From assembly GCA_963805855.1 (NCBI GenBank), contig CAWDVW010000002.1, positions 64,001-128,000 of the forward strand: a stretch of DNA of 64,000 nt, read 5' to 3'. The notes under the pieces were generated by a model. It searched no databases. It was not told where the DNA came from and saw only the letters and a program-made list of their open reading frames with translations. The position numbers were made by a program, and so were the translations under genes. Below, one piece after another: positions 10,114-19,240 of the stretch (the stretch's first letter is position 1; every line of letters begins with the position of its first letter). The DNA comes from Candidatus Dadabacteria bacterium. GTDB taxonomy: Bacteria; Desulfobacterota_D; UBA1144; Nemesobacterales; CSP1-2.

Positions 10114-11982
10114 CTAAAGTTGCTCTTCGTGGAACCATGCTCTTTGCCTTAGGCTACTGGAGCCGGTCCATGTCTTAATAATTGAATCCAATGTAAACAC
10201 AAATCTACCTTGAATAGCAAATGGAGCTTTTGGAGGATCGGCCGCTCCTATTGATGGAACTACCCCTTCAATAAACGCTCTTTGACTTTGAAGATCATCT
10301 AGACCATCACCCGCTATCACGACGCTACCTATTAGATCAAACCAGAGGTGATCCAATATCTTCCAGGTAAGAGTACCCTCTAACTCGGTGCCCAGAAATC
10401 TATTGACTTTGGGCAAGGGTGTTACAGGATCGAGACTTAAAGCATCTCTTTCATCCACCCATGCGAATAGGGCTTGAGGCGTAAAATAAAGGGGATCAAG
10501 TAATTTCACCGTGGTCCAAGCCCTGACATAGCCCGAGTTTATTACACTGCCCTCGACCGCATATATATTCGGTATCATATGTTTAAATAAGAGGTTATCG
10601 ACTGTATAAGCGTTATTGAAGAAAATTGCACTTCCTTCTAATCTATCAGGGGTTTTTGCATCATCACCACTAGCCCAACCAAATTCAGCAACAACCAGAT
10701 CTATAAAGCTGGGGGCTGGATCATAACCGACCCTGGCGGCAAGAAGAAAATTTTCAGGCGATATATCGATCTCGTTACTGCCTAAGACGAGGGGTAAGGG
10801 TTCTTCCAGGTTATTTACTTTTCCAAAAAGGTCCTGGAATTCGAAAGAAGCAAAAAAGCGATCAAACTTATACTTAGTATATAATGACCAATTTACAGTG
10901 TTATCGAGGTCTCCGGTAAGCCCGCTACTAACATCAAATCCGTTTTGATTTACAAGAAATATGTACCCCCCAAGCTCCAGGCTCTCACCCTGATATAAAG
11001 AAGCGAGCCCGACCTCCCATCCTTTTCCGTCCGCTCCATTAGCTATTGTTTTCCCCTGGCTGAGTCTGTCCAGTACGACGGAAAAAAGTAGATTTTCCCA
11101 GCGCTTATCCAGCAGAGCAAAAGGCGTAGTGTCAAACTCAAATCTATCCACGATACTCCCAAAATCCTGATCAGGCATGCTCCCTGCATTGTTTAAGATT
11201 CCGAGCCCCCAGTCAAAAGGCTGTCTCCCCACCCATAGTTCGCCAATTTTTATCCCCCCGATAGGAATCCCGGCCACCATGTAAAGCGACCTGACATCGA
11301 CCAAATCTATATCTGTATTTACCGGCGAAAGTGTCTCTCCCGTGAACGTATCTGTCACCTCCCTAAGAATTGAACCGCGAAACGAATCTCCCGGGCTCGG
11401 GGCTTCAAAAAATTTTCCTGACACGCTATCATCGCCCAAACCACCCCAAATTATATTTTTTGCAATATCGAACTGACTACGAAGCGACAGATTATCGGTT
11501 ATTTCGATCATGGGAGAAAGAAGCAATCTTGAATCGACAAAAAAAATGTCATCGTCTTGACCGGGAACTGCGCCCGCAAATGTAGCATCTTTAAACACAA
11601 ACCCTCTCGTTCGATAATAGCTCGGAAAATCGGTGTTAAATTTTATTCTTCTCAACAATGGACTCAGGTAATCTAACTTTCTTTTCACAATATCTTCGAC
11701 TTTTTTCTCATCAACTCCCTTTTCGGTTTCCAGATCTTTAATCTTTTCTTTGTCGGCTTCTCTACTGGCTTCGAGTTCCTCAATCTTTCTACGAAGCTCT
11801 TCGATCTGCGCCTGACTCCGTTTCTGTATTTCTTCGATCATCTTCTGATTCTGCTTCTGAATTTCTTCCACCTGCTCTCTAAGAGCATCGATTTCCTCTT
11901 TCGGAGTTTGTGCCTCTGAGCTTCGGTCACATATCGTGATTATTAACAATAAACTGACGGCTAATATTAAAATTACCTTCAT
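10114..11982 (-). CDS. Putative outer-membrane beta-barrel/porin with N-terminal coiled coil
   Basis: Likely start MKVILILAVSLLL (signal peptide) at 11982, then an E/K/Q-rich coiled coil, then amphipathic strands (VGRQPFDWGLGI, GTELEG). Confidence 0.65.
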   Translation of the reverse strand: MKVILILAVSLLLIITICDRSSEAQTPKEEIDALREQVEEIQKQNQKMIEEIQKRSQAQIEELRRKIEELEASREADKEKIKDLETEKGVDEKKVEDIVKRKLDYLSPLLRRIKFNTDFPSYYRTRGFVFKDATFAGAVPGQDDDIFFVDSRLLLSPMIEITDNLSLRSQFDIAKNIIWGGLGDDSVSGKFFEAPSPGDSFRGSILREVTDTFTGETLSPVNTDIDLVDVRSLYMVAGIPIGGIKIGELWVGRQPFDWGLGILNNAGSMPDQDFGSIVDRFEFDTTPFALLDKRWENLLFSVVLDRLSQGKTIANGADGKGWEVGLASLYQGESLELGGYIFLVNQNGFDVSSGLTGDLDNTVNWSLYTKYKFDRFFASFEFQDLFGKVNNLEEPLPLVLGSNEIDISPENFLLAARVGYDPAPSFIDLVVAEFGWASGDDAKTPDRLEGSAIFFNNAYTVDNLLFKHMIPNIYAVEGSVINSGYVRAWTTVKLLDPLYFTPQALFAWVDERDALSLDPVTPLPKVNRFLGTELEGTLTWKILDHLWFDLIGSVVIAGDGLDDLQSQRAFIEGVVPSIGAADPPKAPFAIQGRFVFTLDSIIKTWTGSSSLRQRAWFHEEQL

Positions 11983-12371
11983 GTCTAAATGTTCTAATCT
12001 CTTAAAAATATAAGCCACTATAATATATTTATTGTATGATTTCAAGCAATACTTTGGTTTCAGTTTTGAATCAATATAGATGCACAACAAATTTTTGTTT
12101 AAGTGCAAAGAGCATGATGCTTTGAGAAACCTCCAGGGTTTTGGCCTTGTGTTAATCATATTTGTGTTGATAAATTATATAATTCATGGAAGCACAGGTT
12201 AGAAACGCGCTAGATTACAAAATCGATAATGATTTTAACATTGATTCCTGCGCTCCCATTGTTACAGCAACCCTATAGTCTTAAATGCCGGCAAAGCGAG
12301 TTTTTATAAATCGGGTTTCTTTCCCGTCAGAATCTTAGTTGATCCTTAATGCCCAGGGAAAAGAGTTTAAT

Positions 12372-13484
12372 TTATGAATTGGTAAGGTTGAATAAAAGAT
12401 TTTTCAGATAATTCGAGCCAGCTCGTTCAATATTAGTTCGAGCCTTTGTCCATACCTCATTGGGGATACTAATAAAAATTTCGATTATCTCTGGATCAAA
12501 CTGCCTACCGGAAGATTGCTTTATCAAATCTATCGCCTCTTCGTAAGAAATTGCTTGGCGATAAGAACGGCTGGTAGTCATAGCATCAAATGTATCAACA
12601 ACTGAAAATATCCTAGCACCTAATGGAATTTCCTTCCCGGATATTTTGTGGGGATAACCGGTTCCATCAAAATTTTCGTGATGACTCAATACTATTTCAG
12701 CCGCTTGCTCCAAGAACTTGAACTTTTTCAAAAGATTATACCCGTCAATAGGGTGTTTCCTCATTATTTCAATTTCCTCGTCCGTAAGCTTTTCGGGCTT
12801 CAATAGAACATGGTCTGGAACTCCTATTTTCCCAATATCATGGAGAAGAGCCCCCTTCGCTATACTCCCCAAATCCGAATTCGGTACGCCAAAATTCTCA
12901 GCAAGGATTATCGTATATTCAGTCACTCGATATGAATGGCGACCCGTTTCACATTCCCTCATATCGAGAGCCGAGATCATTGCTTCAAGTGTGTCTGCAT
13001 AAAGACTGATCAATTGATTTGCCTGTGTTGTCACCCTTCTCTCAAGATTTTCCTGATAATCCTTGATATCACTAATCAATCTCGATCTCTCAACCGCACG
13101 ATTTATTACCGACTTTACACTACTATTATTAAAAGGCTTGACAATATAATCATATGCCCCTTCCTTAAGTGCCAACCTTGCGTATTCGAATTCTTTCGAT
13201 GCAGTTACAATTATTATCGAGATATCGGGATAGAGTTTTTTAAGACTCCTCAGTGTCTCAATTCCACTCAGTTTTGGCATATGGATGTCCAAAAGAACTA
13301 CCTCGTAAAAGTGTCCATCTCTGAACTTTTCTAGACACTCGATTCCATCCGAGACACTTTCACTTGCAAAACCCTCCTCGGCTGCAATTTCCTTCAGCAA
13401 ATCTGCCAGGACCTTTTCATCATCAACGATAAGTATTTTCTCTCTATTCTTATGTCTTTCGTTTGTATGATTTATTTGATACAT
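12372..13484 (-). CDS. Response regulator with HD-GYP c-di-GMP phosphodiesterase domain
   Basis: Receiver (IVDD, LDIHMP), LLHDIGKIG, HHENFDGTGYP. Confidence 0.93.
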   Translation of the reverse strand: MYQINHTNERHKNREKILIVDDEKVLADLLKEIAAEEGFASESVSDGIECLEKFRDGHFYEVVLLDIHMPKLSGIETLRSLKKLYPDISIIIVTASKEFEYARLALKEGAYDYIVKPFNNSSVKSVINRAVERSRLISDIKDYQENLERRVTTQANQLISLYADTLEAMISALDMRECETGRHSYRVTEYTIILAENFGVPNSDLGSIAKGALLHDIGKIGVPDHVLLKPEKLTDEEIEIMRKHPIDGYNLLKKFKFLEQAAEIVLSHHENFDGTGYPHKISGKEIPLGARIFSVVDTFDAMTTSRSYRQAISYEEAIDLIKQSSGRQFDPEIIEIFISIPNEVWTKARTNIERAGSNYLKNLLFNLTNS

Positions 13485-13688
13485 TGCCGAACATTCTATT
13501 TCATATTATCAATATAAAAATTTAGACGCCCCGTGCCGTGTATTTATAATCTGTTACTCGGGAATTTAAACGTTACCCGCTATCATAAAATGTGAAACGT
13601 CAAGCTCCGTCCCGTCACAAATATAATAAGTTTAATGTAAGATGGACCTGATTGCTAAGAGACCATCAAGAATATAAGCACCCATACC

Positions 13689-14597
13689 TCAACTCTTCTT
13701 TTCGAAAAAACTAATTTGATTTTTCCCCTTTCTTTTTGCATTGTATAGAGCCTCATCAGCCCGAGCTATGATTTCATCCATGGACTGTTCAGTTGCCATT
13801 AATGTGGCTCCAGCAGAAGCTGTAATGTTCACGACAACTTCTTCATCTAGTGTGATAGGCAAGGAAGACAATCCCATCTGTAACCGGGTGATAATTTCTT
13901 GAGCGGTATCCGCGGTTGTTTGCGGTATGCAGATAAGAAATTCATCGCCCCCATATCGACAAATAGAATCATATTTTCTGAGGTTGCGGGTAAGGTACTT
14001 CGCCGCCTCTTTCAATACTTTATCACCCGACAAATGACCGTATGTATCATTAACATCCTTCAGATTATCCAGGTCAATTAACGCAACTACGCACGGCTCT
14101 CCTTTTCTTAATGCTCTCGCATGTTCCCTTGAAAGGGTTTGGAAAAACGGTTGACGAGTAGGAACGCCAGTCAGAAAATCAATCTTAGACATATTTTCAT
14201 GGAGCTTATCTTTTAACTTGAGGAGTAACGTAGTCAATTCTTGTTCCTTTTCACTTAAGACATCGTAATCTTCTTTTGTGATAGTATCATCGAGTTTTGA
14301 TTTTAACGCCAGGACTCTGGCAATATCATGCATTTCTTGATGGGCCTTATTCACCAAGAGAAAATCTTCATCGTTTCCAAAGTATGTAGAAGTTTCGTCA
14401 CGATGCCATATGCCAAAACCGCACTTGAGATAGCCATCTTTCAATAGATACAAATCGCTTATCGGTAATCCGCATAAAAGACTACGGTGCCAATCCTTAA
14501 GGCATTTGCTGTGTTCCGCAAGCCCGTGCTCGATTGATCGAATATGAGATCGCGCTGCATCTTCATTCAACTGATTATCAGAGAGTTGCGGGATCAT
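13689..14597 (-). CDS. CZB (zinc-binding) domain diguanylate cyclase, DgcZ/YdeH-like
   Basis: CZB ligands H..W, CGFGIW and HQEMH; RKYD I-site followed by RYGGDEF. Confidence 0.88.
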   Translation of the reverse strand: MIPQLSDNQLNEDAARSHIRSIEHGLAEHSKCLKDWHRSLLCGLPISDLYLLKDGYLKCGFGIWHRDETSTYFGNDEDFLLVNKAHQEMHDIARVLALKSKLDDTITKEDYDVLSEKEQELTTLLLKLKDKLHENMSKIDFLTGVPTRQPFFQTLSREHARALRKGEPCVVALIDLDNLKDVNDTYGHLSGDKVLKEAAKYLTRNLRKYDSICRYGGDEFLICIPQTTADTAQEIITRLQMGLSSLPITLDEEVVVNITASAGATLMATEQSMDEIIARADEALYNAKRKGKNQISFFEKKS

Positions 14598-14971
14598 TGC
14601 TGATGATACCTAATTGACAATAAGAACTAAGACCATTTTTGTTTGACACCCATACTATATTATAAGACCTATATCCTCCTCCGATCAACTAATTTGATAA
14701 ATCTGTTATTACGGTTTCAAAAAATGAGTACATAATATAGTTTCCCTGAGATGGCTCGTATTCTGGAGGAGGCGAAACCGCGTGAAATAGCATACCCAAT
14801 AAGAGAAAAATTAGAAGAATAGAAACAGACAGTCAGCTCTGTCGGCCGCACCTACATTATTCGGGACGACACCAACCATGTTGTCATTACAGATAATTCG
14901 ATTCAACTGGTCCTGAGCTCAGCGACGGATCGAAGGGCTCATACTTTCACATCGCCTTTAATTCGCGAGGA

Positions 14972-15628
14972 TTATATATATTTATTGATGGGTACTTTCC
15001 GCAAGTCTGTTACAATCAAATCTGCCGGATAGTTTTGTTCATTTTGATCTCTGACTAAACCGATGCACTGCATTTTTGCCCGTTTTGCGGCTATCATACC
15101 GCTGACAGCGTCTTCAATAACAACGCAATTCTCAGGCTCAACAGATAATCTATTCGCGACTAACAGAAAGAGATCCGGTTCTGGCTTACCCTTGTCAACT
15201 TCTTCCGCACTCGCGATTGCATGGAATCTATGCCTAAGGCCCAATTCTGCCAACACCATCTCTATAAATGCAAGACGAGAGGCTGACCCTACGGCTAAAG
15301 GCAACCCAAAGTTTTCTAGTCGTTCAATGAATTCTCGGGTGCCTGGAATTTCTTTTACATTTCCTCTTACCAACTCGTCCATTATTCTCCATTTCTTTTC
15401 TACCAACTGCTCAATTTCGGGAATTTCTTTTTGCGCCTTGCTAAAAATTTCTCTGAACATTTCCTCATCTCCTACCCCTGCGTATCTCCTTGTTATTTCA
15501 TCTGGGTGCATCGCTATTCCATAACTCCTCAGCAATTCCGATTCTGTCTTTGCATGAATACCTTGCGTGTCGGAAATAACACCATCCATATCAAATATTA
15601 TTGCTTTTATTATTGGCTTCAAGCTCAT
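14972..15628 (-). CDS. HAD-superfamily phosphatase (beta-phosphoglucomutase-like)
   Basis: FDMDGVISDT, GKPEPD and VIEDA motifs; start moved to the Met just before motif I. Confidence 0.88.
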   Translation of the reverse strand: MSLKPIIKAIIFDMDGVISDTQGIHAKTESELLRSYGIAMHPDEITRRYAGVGDEEMFREIFSKAQKEIPEIEQLVEKKWRIMDELVRGNVKEIPGTREFIERLENFGLPLAVGSASRLAFIEMVLAELGLRHRFHAIASAEEVDKGKPEPDLFLLVANRLSVEPENCVVIEDAVSGMIAAKRAKMQCIGLVRDQNEQNYPADLIVTDLRKVPINKYI

Positions 15629-15941
15629 ATTTTTATCCCGGGCCCGTGATCGCATAAAATTGCCTTCGGCAATCACGAAGCATAACACTTTTTGAGATGG
15701 ATCCCGGTGCCTGCTCCACATAAAAGCCTGACGGGTCAAATATTGATATTACATGAAAAATTTAACGTTGCTCATTTCAACATTATAAATTTGAACACAC
15801 TCGGGTAAGTGAATCAATCGATGAATCGATGTGAAAAACAAAACAAAGGGGACGTGATAGTATGAGAGGTGACTCCTCGTAATCTGTTAGACTTGGATTA
15901 ATGGCAAAAGGAGTTAATCCAAAACAGAAGGAGGAATCACC

Positions 15942-17000
15942 ATGAACTATGTCGGAGTAGATCTGCACAAAAAAACATCGTTATTCTACGTAGTAGATTC
16001 CAGGTGCAGGAAACTTGATAGTAGAAATGTAACAAATACTGAAGAGGAATTAAAGGGTTACTTTGAACAGATACCTAAACCGTATATACTCGCAGTAGAA
16101 TCCACCTACAATTGGTATTTCTTCGTAGATTTAGCCGAGCGATACGCCGAGCAGGTATATTTGGCCGACACATACGAGCTTAAGGCATTTGCTAAGAGAC
16201 ATAAGAAGACAGATAAGATAGATGCCAGGCTTATAGCTACAGTATTACAAAAAGGGTTTTCACCAGCTGTAACTATCCCAGATAAACAAACTCGAGAGAT
16301 TAGGGAATTACTCCGTTACAGGATAAAACTTGTACGGGATCGTACCCGCAATATCTCTCGACTCAAATCTTTATTGGACAGGTTAGGGTATCAAAGCACA
16401 GGAGACTTTACTACATATAAACATCTAAAGGCGATTGATACAAAAGACTTACCTGCCATCTACGCCTATATTATAAGAAGGCAATGTGAGCAAATTATTG
16501 AGTTAAACAAAAGGGTAGCAGAGATAGAAGAGCACTTTAATGCTATAGCCGAGGGGGATGAAGACATGCGGAATTTACTCACGATTAAAGGGATCGGGGC
16601 TTTTTCAGCTGCGTTAATAAAGACAGAAATAATAGACATATCCCGTTTCAGGACATTTAATCGACTGTGTGCATATGCGGGGTTGGCGCCGAGAGTGAGT
16701 GCAAGTGGAGGAAGGGTTTATCATGGGCCTTTAAACAAAAATCGTAGAAAGAATCTGCAGTGGATATTATTGGAAAATGTTCTTCATTTTATTAGAGCAT
16801 TACCTAAGTCTAAAGAGAAGTTTGATAGGATAGAAAGGCGCAAGGGATACAATACAGCCAGGGTAGCATTGGCAAGAGATATGTTGAAGATCATTTATCA
16901 TGTTTTGAAAGAAAGGAGGGCGTTTTATCACAGACCAGCAATAGATAAGAGTAAAAGTGGTAGAATTAGAATCCAGTCGGTGGCGGCTACTGCACTCTAA
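15942..17000 (+). CDS. IS110-family DEDD transposase/recombinase
   Basis: GVDLH, AVES, KTDKIDA; C-terminal GIG...AYAGLAP...SG; RBS AGGAGG. Confidence 0.95.
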   Translation: MNYVGVDLHKKTSLFYVVDSRCRKLDSRNVTNTEEELKGYFEQIPKPYILAVESTYNWYFFVDLAERYAEQVYLADTYELKAFAKRHKKTDKIDARLIATVLQKGFSPAVTIPDKQTREIRELLRYRIKLVRDRTRNISRLKSLLDRLGYQSTGDFTTYKHLKAIDTKDLPAIYAYIIRRQCEQIIELNKRVAEIEEHFNAIAEGDEDMRNLLTIKGIGAFSAALIKTEIIDISRFRTFNRLCAYAGLAPRVSASGGRVYHGPLNKNRRKNLQWILLENVLHFIRALPKSKEKFDRIERRKGYNTARVALARDMLKIIYHVLKERRAFYHRPAIDKSKSGRIRIQSVAATAL

Positions 17001-17205
17001 AGGGTTTGAAGGGTTCAAGAAAACTATTGAATCGCTTCGCTGGACGCGATTAGTGAGTAGCCGCTTCCGAGATTATCATGCAGGTCCTAGAGAGTGGGAT
17101 GCTGCCGATAGGTGACTGAAGACTGGTAAAAGAAAATCCGGTGCTTCTTAAGATAGAGAAACCGACTGTGCTTAAACAATGTTTGAAAGTAGTTTAATAA
17201 AAAAA
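16978..17205 (+). ncRNA. Candidate bridge/seek RNA of the first IS110; boundaries approximate
   Basis: About 240-nt 3' non-coding end with the stem GCGGCTACT 16983-91 / AGTAGCCGC 17056-64 enclosing two hairpins. The location fits IS1111-type guide RNAs. Confidence 0.55.
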
Positions 17206-17269
17206 CTAGAGGAGTCACCTTATCTTCTATTGACTTTCACCTCTATAGGCAACCCTTTGATTCTTTAAA

Positions 17270-17346
17270 TGGCGCGCCCGGAGGGAGTCGAACCCCCGAC
17301 CTTCGGATTCGTAGTCCGGCGCTCTATCCATCTGAGCTACGGGCGC
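17270..17346 (-). tRNA. tRNA-Arg(ACG)
   Basis: Cloverleaf GCGCCCG/CGGGCGC, anticodon loop CT-ACG-AA, TTCGA T-loop, CCA end. Confidence 0.96.
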
Positions 17347-17364
17347 ACAGGGTTATTAGAATAT

Positions 17365-17456
17365 TGGCGGAGAGGGTGGGATTCGAACCCACGAGGGAGT
17401 TTTACCCCCCTACTCGCTTAGCAGGCGAGTGCCTTCGGCCACTCGGCCACCTCTCC
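17365..17456 (-). tRNA. tRNA-Ser(GCT)
   Basis: GGAGAGG acceptor, CT-GCT-AA loop, long variable arm, CCA end. Confidence 0.96.
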
Positions 17457-17535
17457 CAATTATAACTTCTCGGAGAAAAAACTACTTAAACTATCAGTGG
17501 GTGTCAATGAGGCTTCTTGTAAAAGATTATCAGTA

Positions 17536-17599
17536 GTAGTGGCGACCTTTAGGTCGCCAATAACAAATAAATATGTGGAGGTCTAAAGACCTCCGCTAC
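17536..17599. repeat. GTAG-type REP doublet (REPIN-like)
   Basis: GTAG-TGGCGACC-TTT-AGGTCGCCA, plus the inverted GTGGAGGTC-TAAA-GACCTCCG-CTAC; related copy at 22348-22372. Confidence 0.7.
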
Positions 17600-17750
17600 C
17601 TTTAATGAAGCAGGCCCCTGAAAGTCGCGGAGGAGTATCGTATTAAATCAACGCCCAGAAAGTAGCAGGAGATTGCTTCGGGACTTTTTCAGTCCCTCGC
17701 AATGACGGTAGAAACTTCTAGCAAGCCAGCGGGAAGTCGATTGTTCAAAT

Positions 17751-18692
17751 TTACGGCAACTTCTTTCCCCTTATATTAGCTCGAATCAGGGAATACTTAG
17801 CGTTTCCTTTTGGAGATTTATGTTCATGATAAATAAGACCCACACCCTTCGCATAAACATCCTTAAACCAGAAAACATCATTTTCAGGAATTGTTACTAT
17901 CAGAAGGTCATAGAACTTACCAGCGGGTGTTGTAAATTCTGTTTTTTCGAAACTCTTTTGAACATCAGGGGTGTAGAATGTCTTTACTTCCTCGTCGGTT
18001 GAGACCAGTATGCCGCCTTCAGGGTCGATCCTCATGCCAACGTTTCTCTTCTCGAAGAAATCATCGAAAATCGACCAGCCGTCGGTTAGCGAAATAATTG
18101 ATTGAGTCTCCTCTTTAACATCTTTTCCAGACTCAATCCTGTATGTCCAAACGTTTCCCTTGTCAATAGGGAGATAATCTGGAAGACCCATGCCCTCAAA
18201 ACCTTTCAGCACATTTGAATATTCGGGGAGCTGCCCCATTCCAACGTGAGAAGGAATAGCAGATGTCTCGGAATCTTCAAAGAACTCGCATTTTAAATTC
18301 GTCACATTCGGATGATCAAGTTTTGCAATTAAATAGTGGGACGAGTTTGCTTTCTCCTTATTAGATCCTTCCTTAGTAAAACCAACCCTGTAACCTATTT
18401 CAACGACATTTTCTTCTTTGTTTTCAACCTCTGAAATATCAATATTATTCCCCTTATTACCTGGTTGAATTATCAGAAAAGCAATCTCTTTATCGAAATC
18501 AACCCTCGGAATTGTTTCCTTAATACCCAGGACACTCCAAATCTTTTGGAGTTGACTTGAGTCTCTGATAACTTGATTCTGGCTATTTTGCTGAATCCCT
18601 GTCGCACCTTTTGAGAGTACGGAGTAGTTCAGATTAGAAGAAAGATTTAAGACTGCAAAAATCATTAATATTAAATTTACGGGCATACACAA
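17751..18692 (-). CDS. Exported hypothetical protein, possible PrcB C-terminal-like domain
   Basis: Hydrophobic N-terminus; VIRDSSQLQKIW...PRVDFDKE pattern; C-terminal TPAGKF...YAKGVGLI module. Confidence 0.6.
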   Translation of the reverse strand: MCMPVNLILMIFAVLNLSSNLNYSVLSKGATGIQQNSQNQVIRDSSQLQKIWSVLGIKETIPRVDFDKEIAFLIIQPGNKGNNIDISEVENKEENVVEIGYRVGFTKEGSNKEKANSSHYLIAKLDHPNVTNLKCEFFEDSETSAIPSHVGMGQLPEYSNVLKGFEGMGLPDYLPIDKGNVWTYRIESGKDVKEETQSIISLTDGWSIFDDFFEKRNVGMRIDPEGGILVSTDEEVKTFYTPDVQKSFEKTEFTTPAGKFYDLLIVTIPENDVFWFKDVYAKGVGLIYHEHKSPKGNAKYSLIRANIRGKKLP

Positions 18693-18804
18693 TCCTCCCT
18701 TTGTCGATGTTAATTATACCGGATAAATCGACTATCTCTTACGAAACATGAATGAATAATGGTATCATTTGATGATAGAAATAACTTATTGATAGGAGCG
18801 TATA

Positions 18805-19236
18805 ATGAAAGAGTTATCCGTTATATTCTTATCCCTTATCCTGACGGTTCTGTTTCTTAATATTGGATATGCCGAAAACGACCAGACAGATTCGGAGACT
18901 AAGCCTCAAATAATCAAGAATATAACTGTTGAAGAGGCCCATACGATTATACAGAATAACGAGAACAGCAATAACGTGGCAATAATTGATGTACGAACAC
19001 CTGAAGAATTCAATCAAGAACATATTCAGGATGCATCGAATATTGATTTTTATTCCGATAATTTCAAAGACGAACTTAACAAGCTTGATAAAACCAGGAC
19101 CTATGTGATACACTGCCGTTCAGGTGGCCGCAGCTCTCAAGCCTTAGACATAATGAGAGAACTCGGGTTCAGAGAAGTCTACAACATGGGCGGTATAATA
19201 CAGTGGAAGGAAAAGGGGTTTCCCACTACCAAATAA
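18805..19236 (+). CDS. Exported rhodanese-like protein
   Basis: Signal peptide, IDVRTPEEF, HCRSGGRS, GGIIQW. Confidence 0.9.
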   Translation: MKELSVIFLSLILTVLFLNIGYAENDQTDSETKPQIIKNITVEEAHTIIQNNENSNNVAIIDVRTPEEFNQEHIQDASNIDFYSDNFKDELNKLDKTRTYVIHCRSGGRSSQALDIMRELGFREVYNMGGIIQWKEKGFPTTK

Positions 19237-19240
19237 ATAA

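Larger units (their letters stand above)
15857..17248 (+). mobile_element. IS110-family element, IS1111-like (sub-terminal IRs, long 3' non-coding region)
   Basis: ATAG at both ends (15857-60 and 17245-48). IR AGGTGACTCCTC 15867-78 / GAGGAGTCACCT 17209-20, and AGAGGTGA 15865-72 / TCACCTCT 17237-44. Confidence 0.85.

Noticed and set aside
11983-12159. 59-aa N-terminal extension of the beta-barrel ORF
   Set aside because: The signal peptide begins at the Met at 11982; the extension is AT-rich upstream sequence.
12240-12340. Possible c-di-GMP riboswitch upstream of the beta-barrel gene (GGCAAA seen)
   Set aside because: GGCAAA is on the wrong strand for the gene, and I cannot find the GAAA tetraloop/P2-P3 layout of c-di-GMP-I.
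17230-17248. Circle-junction promoter for the first IS110
   Set aside because: TTGACT is present, but joining at ATAG leaves only 10-13 nt to the nearest -10-like hexamers, so it is not supported (unlike IS #2).
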